Assembly (NCBI GenBank): GCA_051294905.1
Contig: CM119372.1
Span: 27,096,001-27,160,000, forward strand
Reading direction: 5' to 3'
Source: Botryllus schlosseri
Taxonomy: Eukaryota
Length of the DNA: 64,000 bases
This document shows, in pieces, positions 1-14,300 of this stretch (position 1 is the stretch's first letter; each line of letters starts with the position of its first letter). Both the position numbers and the translations under genes were made by a program. The notes beneath the pieces are model-generated. The model made no database searches and was not told where the DNA came from. It was given only the letters and a program-made list of their open reading frames with translations.

Positions 1-224
1 ATAGAGATGCTTTGACGACGGAGTTGCGATACGGCCCCATGAGATCATCTAGTCTGCGCCCCCGTTTTTTTTCTCCTCCATGCTATCCGTGATTGCTGAG
101 CGCCTAGCAGGATAGCTGCGGATACCAATTTTCGAGTCTTTGGTATGACCCGGCCCGGGATCGAACCCACGACCTACCGCTCGAGAAGCCGCGGACGCAT
201 AACCATTACACTATCTCGCTCGGT
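1..224 (-). mobile_element. tRNA-derived SINE (3' part runs off the window)
   Basis: Minus strand starts ACCGAGCGAGATAGTGTAATGG (box A), then GGTTCGATCCC (box B), followed by a non-tRNA body (GGTCATACCAAAGACTC...). Confidence 0.75.
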
Positions 225-306
225 AGCCCAAGTAGCCCAAATCTACTGGAGTACCTCGTAAAAGTAGAAATATTCAACATATATCTCAAAAACGCGATGT
301 GATATA

Positions 307-1227
307 CAGTGTTGGGATGACTCGAGTCACCTTTTTCGTGTGACTTGACTTGACTCGAGTCACTTTGCTAAAATGACTTGACTCGGCGTATCAGAAATGT
401 GGATTGACTCGTGACTCGGGGCAAAATTCACGAGTCAATTTCAAGTCATCAAGTAATAATCGGTGTCGATAAAAATCACTGTATCTTGCGTATGTTCGGA
501 TTGTTCCGAAACGCTGATGTAACCCGTGAGAGCGACCAATCATTCACTGATCGTGCGTTTTACTGAGCCTCCATTGCTCTCTCACAAATAAATCGACAAC
601 AAGCGAAGTGATCGAAGTTTACAGCTGACGTTGTCGTAAACTAGCAGTAGCCTAAGGTAGATTATGGGCAATAATTTCATTTCTGTTCTCTGTTCATACC
701 TTAGCCAAACCTCTTGTTTTATTGAAATTGAATTCGAATATAGTTTAGATACTCCTCAACCATTGGCGCAGGCTCGAATTGTATCATATCAATATGTAAA
801 TGGGTAATGTATTGCATGTTATCAATTCGTTTTTCTATTTTGGCTGGTAACTATAAACTAAGGCTATGTAATTGCTCCGTAGTTAACCTTCTACGTATAT
901 GTGAGCGATACAGCGCATTTTTCGTGTATATTTAACGCTATATCCGTTCATCGGTTCAGAATCAATGACCACTCAATCTGTATTTCAGAAAGCTAGCAAA
1001 ATACAATGACGTAATTATACCTCATACTTCGAAAAGGCAACTTGACTTGAATTGTGACTTGACTCGTGACTTGACTTGACTTGACTCGACTTGACTCGAG
1101 TCACCTTCAAAAATCGAGTGACTTGACTTGACTCGAGTCACCTTCGAAAATCGATTGACTTGACTTGACTCGAGTCAAAATGTGCAATGACTCGTGACTC
1201 GAAGGTAGTGACTTGATCCCAACACTG
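307..1227. mobile_element. Non-autonomous hAT-type MITE, copy A
   Basis: 12-bp TIR CAGTGTTGGGAT, perfect 8-bp TSD GTGATATA (299-306 and 1228-1235), subterminal GACTT/GACTCGAGTC arrays. Inserted into an older TA-ended element that ends near 1326. Confidence 0.92.
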
Positions 1228-1840
1228 GTGATATAGCAAAAATAACGTTAGATTCGTATTCAGCGCCCCCAAATTAGGTCTAATTGACCCAAAGAAGTCT
1301 TGGCGCAAAAATCGTGTAGACCAGTGTAATCACTCCGAGACAAGATATACATATTTTCGAATTAGAACAGTGGTTCTCAAACTGGGGGGGGGAGGGGGCG
1401 TGAAAGCATCTGAGGGATGCGCGAAGCTGCAGCCAACTGAAAATAATTTCATACCATACCATACTTGCACATTTCCATAGCGAAATTTCGTTCCCTTCAC
1501 CATACAATACCCTGCTTACATCTATAGATTCCATGTTTTGTATTAATCCCACTTAGTTAGTCACTTAATCCCTTAAGTGACTAACCTGCGCAAATTCTAC
1601 ATAGAGCAGTCAGAAGAAATACGTGAACATTTCGACTAGCTTGTCCCTTGTTCTTATTACTTTGAAGGGGGAATAAATACGCTGAAGCGGTAACGGAGTA
1701 AAAAAGTTGGGAACTACTGACCCAAGTAATCAGCTTCCAAAATCCTACTCATAATTTAGACATCTTATTTCTGTTACATGTCCCTCTACTTTATTTTCTC
1801 GCGACACTACCGAGGAGTCCAGTCTACATCCAGGTTGAGA

Positions 1841-2739
1841 CAGTGTTGGGATCAAGTCACTACCTTCGAGTCACGAGTCATTTCGAGTCATTGCACATTT
1901 TGACTCGAGTCAAGTCAAGTCAATCGATTTTCGAAGGTGACTCGAGTCAAGTCAAGTCACTCGATTTTTGAAGGTGACTCGAGTCAAGTCAAGTCAAGTC
2001 ACGAGTCAAGTCACAATTCAAGTCAAGTTGCCTTTTCGAAGTATGAGGTATAATTACGTCATTGTATTTTGCTAGCTTTCTGAAATACAGATTGAGTGGT
2101 CATTGATTCTGAACCGATGAACGGATATAGCGTTAAATATACACGAAAAATGCGCTGTATCGCTCACATATACGTAGAAGGTTAACTACGGAGCAATTAC
2201 ATAGCCTTAGTCTATAGTTACCAGCCAAAATAGAAAAACGAATTGATAACATGCAATACATTACCCATTTACATATTGATATGATACAATTCGAGCCTGC
2301 GCCAATGGTTGAGTATCTAAACTATATTCGAATTCAATTTCAATAAAACAAGAGGTTTGGCTAAGGTATGAACAGAGAACAGAAATGAAATTATTGCCCA
2401 TAATCTACCTTAGGCTACTGCCAGTTTACGACAACGTTAGCTGTAAACTTCGATCACTTCGCTTGTTGTCAATTTATTTGTGAGAGAGCAATGGAGGCTC
2501 AGTAAAACGCACGATCAGTGAATGATTGGTCGCTCTCACGGATTACATCAGCGTTTCGGAACAATCCGAACATACGCAAGATACAGTGATTTTTATCGAC
2601 ACCGATTACTTGAAGACTTGAAATTGACTCGTGAATTTTGCCCAGAGTCACGAGTCAATCCACATTTCTGATACGCCGAGTCAAGTCATTTTAGCAAAGT
2701 GACTCGAGTCAAGTCATGACTCGAGTCATCCCAACACTG
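1841..2739. mobile_element. Non-autonomous hAT-type MITE, copy B (inverted relative to copy A)
   Basis: Same TIR, perfect TSD GGTTGAGA (1833-1840 and 2740-2747). Near-identical reverse complement of 307-1227. Confidence 0.92.
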
Positions 2740-5353
2740 GGTTGAGAAACACTGCTAGAATATAGCGAATGGGATCCTAAATAACCTGCATAACTCACGA
2801 GTCACGACCCACCATATACAATCGAACAAGCCGGAGGAAAGTACAGAAATATATTTCATTCGTATCTGTAAGTCATTCAATGAAATGCATGCGGCGGCGA
2901 TCGAAGAAGGCATTCGGAGATCAACGAGTTACACGTACAATGAGAACACGGCAGAGATCAGAATATTTCCGTCAATTTGAACGGGAGTTACTTAGATGTC
3001 CGACAAGAGAGATTGTCAACGCTACTCAAACGCATACCAAATCTCGACATGCGGTAAAGAAACAAGGAAATTTACAGGACGCTTGCGCATAGTAAGGCCT
3101 TTAAAAAATTCCAGCTTCCGAGATACAGGTTTAACCTTTGAAAAGATACTCCACCAGTCACGCGCAAAATTGACGAGGTTATCAAAATCACCTTGTATCG
3201 TGAAGAAAATCCATTTTACTAAAGTATCTTTCCACAAAAATCACAACTCATTGCGATAGCAAATGTTTAGCAGAAAGAATTGGATCATAAATTAGTAATT
3301 TATCACAAGCACACAAAACCCCGATCCCCCATAGCCTGTTCTTAGTATGCAGTCGCATGATTGATTGCGACATCATTACTAAACCACCACCATCTCGCCA
3401 TCGCAAATTTCATGCCAGAAACCTTTTTACACATCAAGGTTGATAAATACAATATGACAAATACAATAAGATATTGTACCAGCACAGTGAATGCGATAGT
3501 TTTACATCGCGGACGGACAACAAGATGAACACAAAAGATATTACGCAAAAGGGATGTGGTTGAGAATGGATCGACACATCAAATATTATGTCGTCGACGC
3601 CTGTGATTGTGTCGGCACCGCAGAAAAAAAACGTCGCGCATTAGGAACTTGGTTAGGATAACAACGCATGAGATAAAGCTGACAATTGAATCACCACCCG
3701 ACCAAAGACTGATTGATAAATATACGGGAAGTTATTAAAAAGAAAATAGGCCTGACAAGAGTCCCAGTTTCTCACCACAAATTCTTACCAAATGAAGTTT
3801 CATGAAGGGTTCATACACACATCAAAATATCGAAATCCAGAATTTTAGGGGTGACATTGTGTTTCTAGACACACTGGTTATTGTTGCTGACCACAGTTCT
3901 ACAAAAACCAGACTTAGGGAGCAAAGTAGAAGGTGTCGAAGAGGATTCAGTTTGACAATATGAAGCCGGGTTTGCAAAATTAAAACATTACAACTATCAG
4001 CGTTACTTTGAATTGCTGACTTTTCTGAAAGCTAACAGGACAATACTTGAAGACGAGGATTATTAACAAGAACGAAAACAGTAACCGACATGGAAGGTAA
4101 AGGAAGACAAAAGTAAACACACGGGCACGGGCGGCCGGCAAATTCGAGAAGTAAAAAGGTCGAAGAAAATTTCCAATACCGAACACAGATTCCTAGCAAC
4201 GTTCGCAAGAACGCAAGTTTTTAGGTGGAGCAAAAATCCCAATAACGACGAGACATGACCTCGTTGAGATGTAAATGGATAAAGTGCGGTCACAATGTTT
4301 CAACCCAAGTTTGCCTATGTTGCGCAGTTGCTCTGTCTGAGTGATATCAATACAACCATGTTATTGAAACACACATAACCGATATTGACAATTACTGGCA
4401 TGTGCAAGGAGACAGAAATTGCCTGTGATGTAAAACAGTGTATAACGACAAGACCACAATGTCACATCGTTACAATCAAGTTCGTATGCGATGTAGTTAC
4501 ATCACACTATAAACTAATCGCCAATCACCAACAGTACACACCAAAAGAGACAACGGTTTGAACAGATAGAAATTAGCAATGTAATCCAATCATCACACAA
4601 AAGATCAGGATAGCCAGAACAGCTAAATTTCGATTAGGTCCAGAAATTTCGGAGGGGAATAAAATTGCTTGAATTGGTGAGCACAGATTTATGATATTTT
4701 AAAAAATTGTGAATTTCATGAATCTAATGCCAACATTGAGCAATGCGCATATTGCTGACCAGATCTAGGCAACTATATCGGCACATGAACAGCGTGCACA
4801 GTAGAACCCGCAATTTAGAATCGGAAGACGCTGACCCACTTGCGACTAAGCCAAAGAAACTAATCCGTGACAAATTACCTACATTTCGACGATGATAAGT
4901 AGGGGAGCTAAGAAAAGGGAATCATGATACAAGGGTAAAAAAACTAAAATTCACAATTTGGTAAAAAAAAGCCAAAGAAAACGGCAATATTCCAAAATCT
5001 CCCGTTAATCACAGGTTACGCACCGACACAAAATCAGGGCTGGTTTACATTTCATTAGTACGATAATCACACCGAGATGTAAATCCTAGACTGCGTCACA
5101 CGACGGGCTAGGCAGTAAATTATCATTGCCGCTACACGTGAGGGAATCAGAATAACGAAAGACTATATTATTAGAATATATATCTTAATTTATTATGCGA
5201 TCGGTATATTCTAAAAATAATAGCGAGCCGGGCAAAGAAAAATGCTGTCGCCACGGAAACGTAATTGTCTTGAAGTCGCGATGATGTTTCATGCGGTGAG
5301 AAACGGGCGAACACTAATTTTGAGTTGCAAAAAGGAAAAGTTTCGTTTTTTCT

Positions 5354-8300
5354 TCATCGTATTCTCGTGAACAGATTGAGCACCGACGAGGACTCTTTGG
5401 TTGTTCGCGCCTTAGAAAACACGTTCCAAAATCGTAGCGTTTCGTCTCCAGCGCCGGTAACGATGGCTTCTCCGTCTGGAGACGCAGCCTGAAGATAAAT
5501 ACATATCGATTTGTAATCGGAGGTGGCCTAGTGGTCAAGTGGTACATTTTTTTAACATGGCATTCAAGTTTGTAACAATGCGAAGTTATCAGCCTGCATA
5601 GGTGCTGGTTAGAACCAGGCATGCAATGACTCGTGTCATCACTCGAGACGCGATTTTTTGTTGACTCAACTTGACTCGAGTCAATTTGTGTATTGACTCG
5701 AATTGTAGTCGAGTCTTGATCAAGTCATGTGACTCGACACATTCTATATGAATTATTCAAGTGTCGTATATCAGGACCTGTAATAGTAAAATAAGCTCAG
5801 AAACTTTCTTTTATCTGTTTCAATAAACATGTTTAGAGAGTGGAAAAATGAGCATATTATGAATCCGAGGACTTCGATTTCACCTAAGAGTTTCACATAA
5901 GTGACTTGAACTCGACACCGACAGCATGACTTGGACGCAGACTCGAGTCATAATACTTGAGACTAGCTTACTTGGACTCGGACTTTACTCGGTGATGAAT
6001 TGATAATGACTCAACTTTACTCTCGAGAGTCAAAACTATAAAAGTGAAATTGACTTGTGACTCGGAACCTTGCGACTTGGTTACAACCCTGGTCAGAACC
6101 AAATAGAACGCAAACATTCACCCTTCCCTAACACATCACAAACCGCACAATCACTCACCAAATACAAAACCCTGAAGGAATGTCCGGTCAGCTTGGCAAC
6201 TTGCGTTAATGACGGATATTTCCATAACAAAATCTGATTCTGGCTGTATCCGTGCGTGGACACCAGTTCGTTGGCGTGCTTCGACCACGCCAGGTTGCAG
6301 ACCTGGGAGCCGGTGTCGACGCATTGCAATGGCTGTTGTGTCAGAGTGTTCCAGAATCGGATGCGTCTAGAAGGACAAAGTTAGTTTTAAATTGACACAC
6401 TAGCACTAGCCAATAAACTCTAATGCAGTGAATGCAGTACTGAAAGCAATATTCAAGTTTAGTACCGCCAGCCCCACATTCAAGTGTCCTTTTATGCAAC
6501 GACAAACAACATAGTGCTTGTTCTACGTCACATCAATGATAATTTGATATTTGTTCGACACGGGCCTATCAGGGTGGAGTAAAAATGGAAAATTTGGAAT
6601 TTCAAAATGAAAACTTGTTTTTTTGGTGCAAAATATCAAAAAAATAATTTCTATCATAATTTTGGGCTTGTGCACCCTTTAGTGGTCGTCCAATTTGACC
6701 AAATGAGCCAAAAATAGCTAATTTCGCTATCTATTGATAACCGCTTACACTAGAAAGAACAACACGCTTTTGGCCAACTGCTTTTCTCTGTTTAGTTTTA
6801 AAACAAAGTTTTGTGGAAGCGACATAGAAACTTGTTGCTTCTGCATCTTTTAAGCCAAAAATCAGCTTCTAGTGTAAGCGGATATCAATATAGCGAAATT
6901 AGCTAATTTTGGCTCGTTCGGAGAAATCGCATGACCATTAGAGGGCGCACAAGCCCAAAATTATTATACAAATTATTTTTTTGATATTTGGCACCACTTA
7001 TCAAATGTCCTTTTACAAAGTCAGAATTTTCCATTTTTCACTCACCCTAGTGCCTGTTTCATTGCACTTTGTGATAAAACATTGGGCTGATCTCGACTTC
7101 ACAGAGATGTTATTTCCACATGTGTAGCTTTGTAATGCATGTTTCGTATGCTGCGATACGATCAATCGAGGTTTTAGTGCTTCAATAACGGATAATAGTA
7201 TCTAAGCTATAATTTCATTGATAAATAAATAACTCTTTTAGTGACAAGGAGCTTATAATTTCAGTGCTCGAAAACATCATCTCCTACTACTCGACTCGAA
7301 TCACTAGAATCAATACTCAATTCAGATTCGTGTGCCATGCCGTACTGACCACCTCCCCTCTCCAAACATGCAACGTCACCCACCTGTCTGCGGTACCCCC
7401 TCCCGAAGCCAAAAGCCCGTGCTGATGTGGGGACCACGCGATCGCCTTCACTGCTGCAGAATGCTCAGAGTACGTCTGCATGGGTTGCACGATGCTAGAC
7501 GAACCGCAACCGGAGCTTGCCGACCAGACCAGCAGCTTGTTGTCGTTGCCGCCCGAGGCCAGATGCTGTCTGTCCGGGGACCATTTCAGACCGCACACCT
7601 GCAAAGTACGTCACGGGTTACAAAACAAGCGTCAGACCGGCAAGTTTCCAACCTTTTCCAGTTGGAGACCCCGTATGTGGGTTTCGAATATCTCGCGCCC
7701 ACTCCTTCACGAACTACACTTTTTCATAGGGGCCTATCGCGTAATCAATTAAAATTAATTTTTACATGTCTCAATTCAATTGGGCGGAACGCAAAACCAA
7801 ATAATAATTAACAACAAATGCATTATTTTGGTCACTGCAATTAGCCAATCCGTAACATTTTGATCACTCCAATGTCATACTGGCAATGACAATCTCAATG
7901 TCAGTTCCATCAAAATTTTAAAAATAGAATACGAATTTCAATTCTAAAATGTGTGATAGGCGGGTTGCAGCCCCCACAAAACCTTTCCGCGAGCACATTT
8001 GATGCAGCGACCAGCGGGATGCTTGAGACAAACTATGGTAATTGCTAGATACAGCACTAGACTCCTCTCAGAACAAAACACAAGGCATTCTATTCTAGGA
8101 AGCCTACATTACTTAAGTAATAAACAAAACAATAACTCCATTTTATATCAGTTAAAACTAACCGATGTAGGCCTACATAATCAGCTCTAATCAACTCTGG
8201 GAATATTGGTATATGGCATACAGGTGCCAAGACTCGGCATTTCTGGTGCATTTCATGCCAAAGCATATCAATGGCTGTAAACCTGTTCATGCTTTGTAGT

Positions 8301-11300
8301 TTCAGAAATGCGCCTGCAGCTAGTTGCCATATCTTTTGACAAGCCTATATCAAATATAGCGGTGAAGCTGCTAGTTATTGCTTTTATTAGCAGCGGCTGA
8401 AATCCGATATCGGTCGGGCTCTAGTTATTATCAAGCTATATTCCAGACCATCATTTTTGCTTCGCTATCTCGTATGTCACTGTTGCATCACACAAACAAA
8501 GCATTTCGAATTTGATTGGCGGTATTACGGACACTAGCTGCTGATTTCAGTCACTCACAAGGCTATTAGTGAATAAATCATCGATGCGAAGTTACTTATC
8601 AGAAGAACACAAAAAATTTACATGCTATTCCTGATAAAAATAGGGACGGAAATCATTCACGACAGGACACCAAAATTAGACTCACCTCTTGTTTATGACC
8701 CATGAGCTTCCGGTCCGCACTCCCCGAGCTGGCAGACCTGACATCGCGCTGCAGGATGAAACGGTCCCTACTACCCGATGACAACTGCTCGGCGTTCCAA
8801 GCGAGTGCCCCGACCCTCGCACTGTGACCTACCAGCTGGTTGACCTGCTTGCTGGCCGCCACGTCCCACACTTGGACGTAGCCTTTATGCGTACCCACGG
8901 CGACCAAGTTACCCTGGAAACAAAACGAAATATCGGTTCCAAAATTCCGACTCTACGGTTAACAGAGAATTTGTCACTTGGTGAATTGCGCAGTAAAAAT
9001 GTAATACCTATTATTATTAAAATGCTGGTTTGAAAATGATAGCAAAAATCATCAAGTTACACAGTCATGATTAAGGACTAAACAAATCCATAACCCATTC
9101 CAAAGCCTGGAAAATGCAACAGTATTTCACACGATACGTTAATCCCTATATGGAGGCAAAGTTTGAATTTTCAGGAGTAAACCACTGAGTAACAATATCC
9201 TCCAATTTTTACGCGCCCCTTTTTTATTTGATCTTGAGAGCGGAGCAGTGCTCACTCTCCCCACAAGATCGCAGGAAATTCCTGAAAAATTTTTGGCAGA
9301 TATGGCCAGAATCACGACTGCCCACTAGGTCTGCTCTAAATTGAAGAGCATCAGAGTTTTTCAAATCCATAACCATCTCCTATTTCACAATTAAATCTGT
9401 TCTCATCTCTGATGCAATGTGGCGTTTTACTCGGAGAAATGGGAACCGGATAGCCTAAGTTGCAATGTCAAATTGACGCATGCAGTCTCATATGCTAGCA
9501 ATGCCAATATACGCTTACATTCGCCGAACAGGTATCACACGACAGTCACTCGTTCTAAAAAAGTACTTCAAATTAAACTCACTCTATCATTCCAATTGAC
9601 GGAAGTCACTGAGTCTCCGTCTGCCGATAAATCGCACAATCTCGTGACTTGACTCGTGTGAGCGCTCCACAGGTAAACACATGATCCTAAACCAACGCTG
9701 GAAGAAAAACACAAAAAGTTAAAGGCCGCATCAAACAAAGCATACCATACATATGGCGTCAAACGAGCGAGCTGAATTGGATGGGCTAGGAAATGTGATA
9801 GAATCCTGCTCCCCAGCACACTTGTTATTCAAGCGAATTTGTATCTTAATGCATTCAAATGAATTTCTGCAAGACAAAGAATTGAAGATGTAGCATGTAA
9901 TTAGGTTCAAAAAAACTTTGACCAAGTATGTTACTGTGATGGTCAAAAGTAAATCAATTTCTTTATGAAAAAAAATTCACAAAGTAAAATGAATTTTAGG
10001 GCGCTATGTCATGTCATAGAAGACTACAGGATGGCTGCTGGGACACATTAAAATAACAAGAAATCTATCGAGAAACTACTTTCTGCTTGCTAGAATCTAA
10101 ATAGGAAGTAATTCGGCTTTAGAAACTATAAAAGTAAAGGGAATGTTGTCTGAAATTAACACCGATCGAACAAGAGTTGCGAACACACCTGATAAGCTTG
10201 CTTAAATATGCAATGTAGATTGTAGAAATTCATTAGGATCCATAAAGAGACAAATTAGTGTTGTTTGATTCGGAGTTCAAGTATCAAGCTCCGACTTTAA
10301 TAGAGCATTCGAATGTCTTTCATCATGACCTCATAATAGTAGTATGACAGACTTCGACAGTTTAAACAGGTACAGATTTGCAGCCACACGGAATAACAAT
10401 GTTGAGTAAAAAAAGAAAAAAATTCGCACTTCCTGACCGTGATAATTCATCGTGCTCCGTGACAATGCTCTGGGCTGATCACGGCAATGTTTTGTTTCCA
10501 TAAATATCCTCGTAGCCTTGTGCTGCACGTTTTGGCTCTATCCATGATATGACCAAATGAGGTTTCAAGGATATGGCGGTGGCAGCAAAGTATTGAAACT
10601 ACATTTGTCGTTAACAAAAACTCTTGGCGACAAGAACTTTTAAATTTGGATACTTGAATCGTTGCGACCATCCTTGATAATGGAGCGGCGTGAAAGGTAT
10701 CTGGGGAGTAGCACTCTGTTGGTAGCACCAATCACGGCCGATACGTAAAGTATATCTCAAATCTCACCTTAAAATATTTGACGAAGACCAGTCGACAAGA
10801 TTGAGGTAGAAGTCGTCTTGCAATTCGGGAGCATCGAGGACTTTGAACGGAATTTTCGAAATTTTTCGCATGGGCTTACGAGGTGACCGTAATAACCGCT
10901 GACTAAAAAGCCAGAACACAAAGTTACGGATTGACAAACGATAAATTCTCAGCGAGGTTCAACACACGATCCGCGGCAGTGATGCGACTATGGTTAATCC
11001 CAATATAATGCATCCCCATACCATTCGACGATGGTATCTCAGGCTAAACCAGAGTCTGGAAATAGCACAATATTTGATGTTCACTAGATGACTTTTAGAA
11101 AACCTTTGGCTTGGAAGAGTCTGCAGTAGGAGGTAGGTTGCCGTTACAAAACTAATACTCGTCAGTGTCTGAAGCCAGTCAAAGCAATAATATTCTGGAT
11201 TAAGATTTTAAATTATCCTGAATCATGTAGCGATTTTTCATCAACTGGTATCGGAGACCACAAAGAGTCAGGACTTAGATCTGAGGATCCATCATTTCTG

Positions 11301-14300
11301 TTGATCACGTGATATTTTCTTGTATGACATTCAGAAGCAACCTAATACAGACATGATCCAGATTTGAAGGCCAGATAACAATCTGGATTTGGATACGAAA
11401 ATACAAAATTAAGAACGGAATACTAGCACAACATACCTTTTCATCCCGACCGGTGAAATAGAATAAGGCGATGATTCCGTGGATTCGGCTCGCTTCATTC
11501 GAACTGAGTACTGTAAAAGAACATGATATCGATTTTACTCAAAATCAAACAGCTCGAATATTACCAATTGAAATAAGTAAAAAGTAGCCTAGGCCTACAT
11601 ATTAAGCTGAGAAATCTCGACATTCCAGTTTTGGGGCAGGGGTGGGTAAATAAACTGCTGTTATCTTTTGTTTATCGAGTTCAGAGTGAAGCGCAACGGA
11701 AGGTCCATTAATTGCGATTATTGTTTGCGATGTTTTTGGAAACGAATGAGGTCGTTTTTTTCACAAGTGCATGCAGAGAGATATCTTTCCTTTAGCACTT
11801 TAACACTGCATCATATAAGATGTTGATGCGTTACGATATCCCATTCAAATACAGAAGAGTGACTACAATGTAGTCTCACCATTCGGAGACGAGCTTGCAT
11901 GCATCTAATATTACAAGCGGAAATGGGATGCATGCTATTATCAAGTGCTCACAAGAATTAGAGCCTGCAATGAATCAATAAAATTAATCATCAACGGTTT
12001 GTGTGGGATAGTTTCGAACAGAAATCACGTTCTTGCTAATTGTCGTACTTTAAATAAATTTTTCTTTTCGGAGCACGGGCTCCCCATGATTCTTCTATCT
12101 TCTGATTGGCAGTCCTTGATTCGCTGTATTTCGGCTCCAAGTAATTCGTTCTTCAAGAGGCATTGATACATCAGGTTATCTAAACAGAATAATGAAATTA
12201 TTGGGACTTGTTAATTCATTTGCAAATGACACTTACTAAAATGCATAAACAATGCAGTATTCAGGTCAACATAAACCTGAATACACAGCGGAAATGGGTT
12301 GTATGTACAAGAGACTTTATTCCAGAGACAATTTGCATAAGAGTGGGAGTTATTGCTTCATGCCCCATATTATTTTGCAAATAAGACAAGGTAACTTCAG
12401 CATGTGACAATACTATTGTCAATAATTCAGAACAGTCAACAGTGTTGCTAAGATACCATGTAGAAAAATCAAATGTATTGGCAATAGCTATAGATCCATG
12501 AACTACCATGTAGGCTTGATAAAATTCAAATTACTGGAGGAATATAAGGTTGAGTAGTCTAAAATCAAAATGGCTAGCCTTTACCAAGGATGCAATAACA
12601 ATATTGTGCTTACTACAATGAAAACACTTCGAAAATGTCCATTACTGCGGAAGGGACCTATGCTATATTGGAATATAGAAATTACATCTGACCTAGATAG
12701 TATGCACACTGCAGTTAGAGTACAGTGACTTGACTTTTATAGTAGGCTACAGGTACAGGTAGTACTAGAACTAGTGGTAGTAGTGCTTGATTCAAGTCCT
12801 ACACTCTTGTTTACAAACGCTTAAACAGCCTACATCACATTCTCAAATACAAACAAAGGCAATGTCTAGCAGCTGGTGGGTTGAGACAAGTCATGGCAGC
12901 CAATCGTGAAATGCAAACAATGATACATTCAAGTGTGCAGGTGATATCCCGGCTGCGAAGCAGGCATGTGGGACTGTAAATTAGGGTTGGGACTTCGGGA
13001 TCAAATTTGAAATCCCGGGATCGGGATTCCCCGGGATTCTCGCTTCTCAATCCCGGGATTAGAAAAGTAGTAAAATACACATACAAGCTACACAAACAAC
13101 ATTTTTATTGACGCAAAAACATCAGAGCATCAAGAGTATCATCGTTTAGACCAGGGGTCTCAGACTCAAATTTGCTTGCAAGCCAATTTCGTAGTTTCTG
13201 ATGACGCGGCGGGCCACAGCATCAAATACGGAGTATACGGCCGCATTCCAGGGCATAGTCGTAATGAGCTAGCTGGACAGCTAATGCGCATATTGGGATG
13301 TCTACGTTCATTTCTGCTGATCTCCGGACTTATCTATTTAAACATATGGGCTTGGTATACGCACCAAAATCGCGAGTGGTCACTGTTCATGTTATGGGTC
13401 TGTACATTGTCGCAAGAAGCGAGAAAACATTTCCACATTTACTAATGAATTTCATGGTTGATATTCGTAGTTTTACATATTACCATCAAACATTTATCCT
13501 TTCTTAGTCCACATGGATGTGATATTGCTTAAAAAATATCAATCTTTCCTCAGCCCGTGTGATCAGATTCACCGGTAGAGTTGATGGATGGGGTGTTTTC
13601 AAAATTTTAGGGCCTTCGGGTGAGCCATTTGTTAATAGTCACTATGTTGAATGCTGTTATTTCCTGACCTCCCATCAGGATTGTCCGTATAGAGAGGAGT
13701 GCGCGATTCGGAGTTTGTATTCCTATATGAGGCGCATCATTTCCCTCTGCTGTTCGAATCTGTAATGTGGGGCTCTAATTGCAAAGGGCCATACTATATT
13801 AAAATCTGAAAATGAAGCCGCATTGCATCGCGCATGACGCGAAGAAAATTTCAAGATTTATTAAAATCTAGCTACCAGCTATCAATAATTCGGGAGTCCA
13901 TTCGTAAATTCACAAATTGGATGTCGACACCTGCTAACAGATACGAATTGAATTACGTGTCCACGGCTGCACAAATTTCTTTCTACGGCCGCAGGTTGAC
14001 CACCCCTGAAATAGGGATATAATATGTATTTCCAAGTAGGCCTTATTTGACGGACCTTGCAGACTGGCATTCCATACACTTTGTGAAAATGTGATTCACT
14101 ATTGTAATATTCATGAAAAAATCATATTTTTAAATATTTTATTAAAAATATTGTTGTGCTTGGCATAAATTGGCGATATAATGAGTTAAAGACAGTTAGA
14201 CACCATGCGAGAAGACATATATATGCATCATGTCATCGTCAGAGCTGTCGCATTAGAATTTGGCAGCTAGCGGGTATTTGACATGTGATAGAATTCAGAT

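Noticed and set aside
1040..1215. CRISPR-like regularly spaced repeats
   Set aside because: These are subterminal arrays of a MITE bounded by TIRs and a TSD. There are no unique spacers or cas genes, and the context is eukaryotic.
7332..7811. 159-aa plus-strand ORF
   Set aside because: Antisense overlap of a GC-rich fzr1 exon; no independent support.
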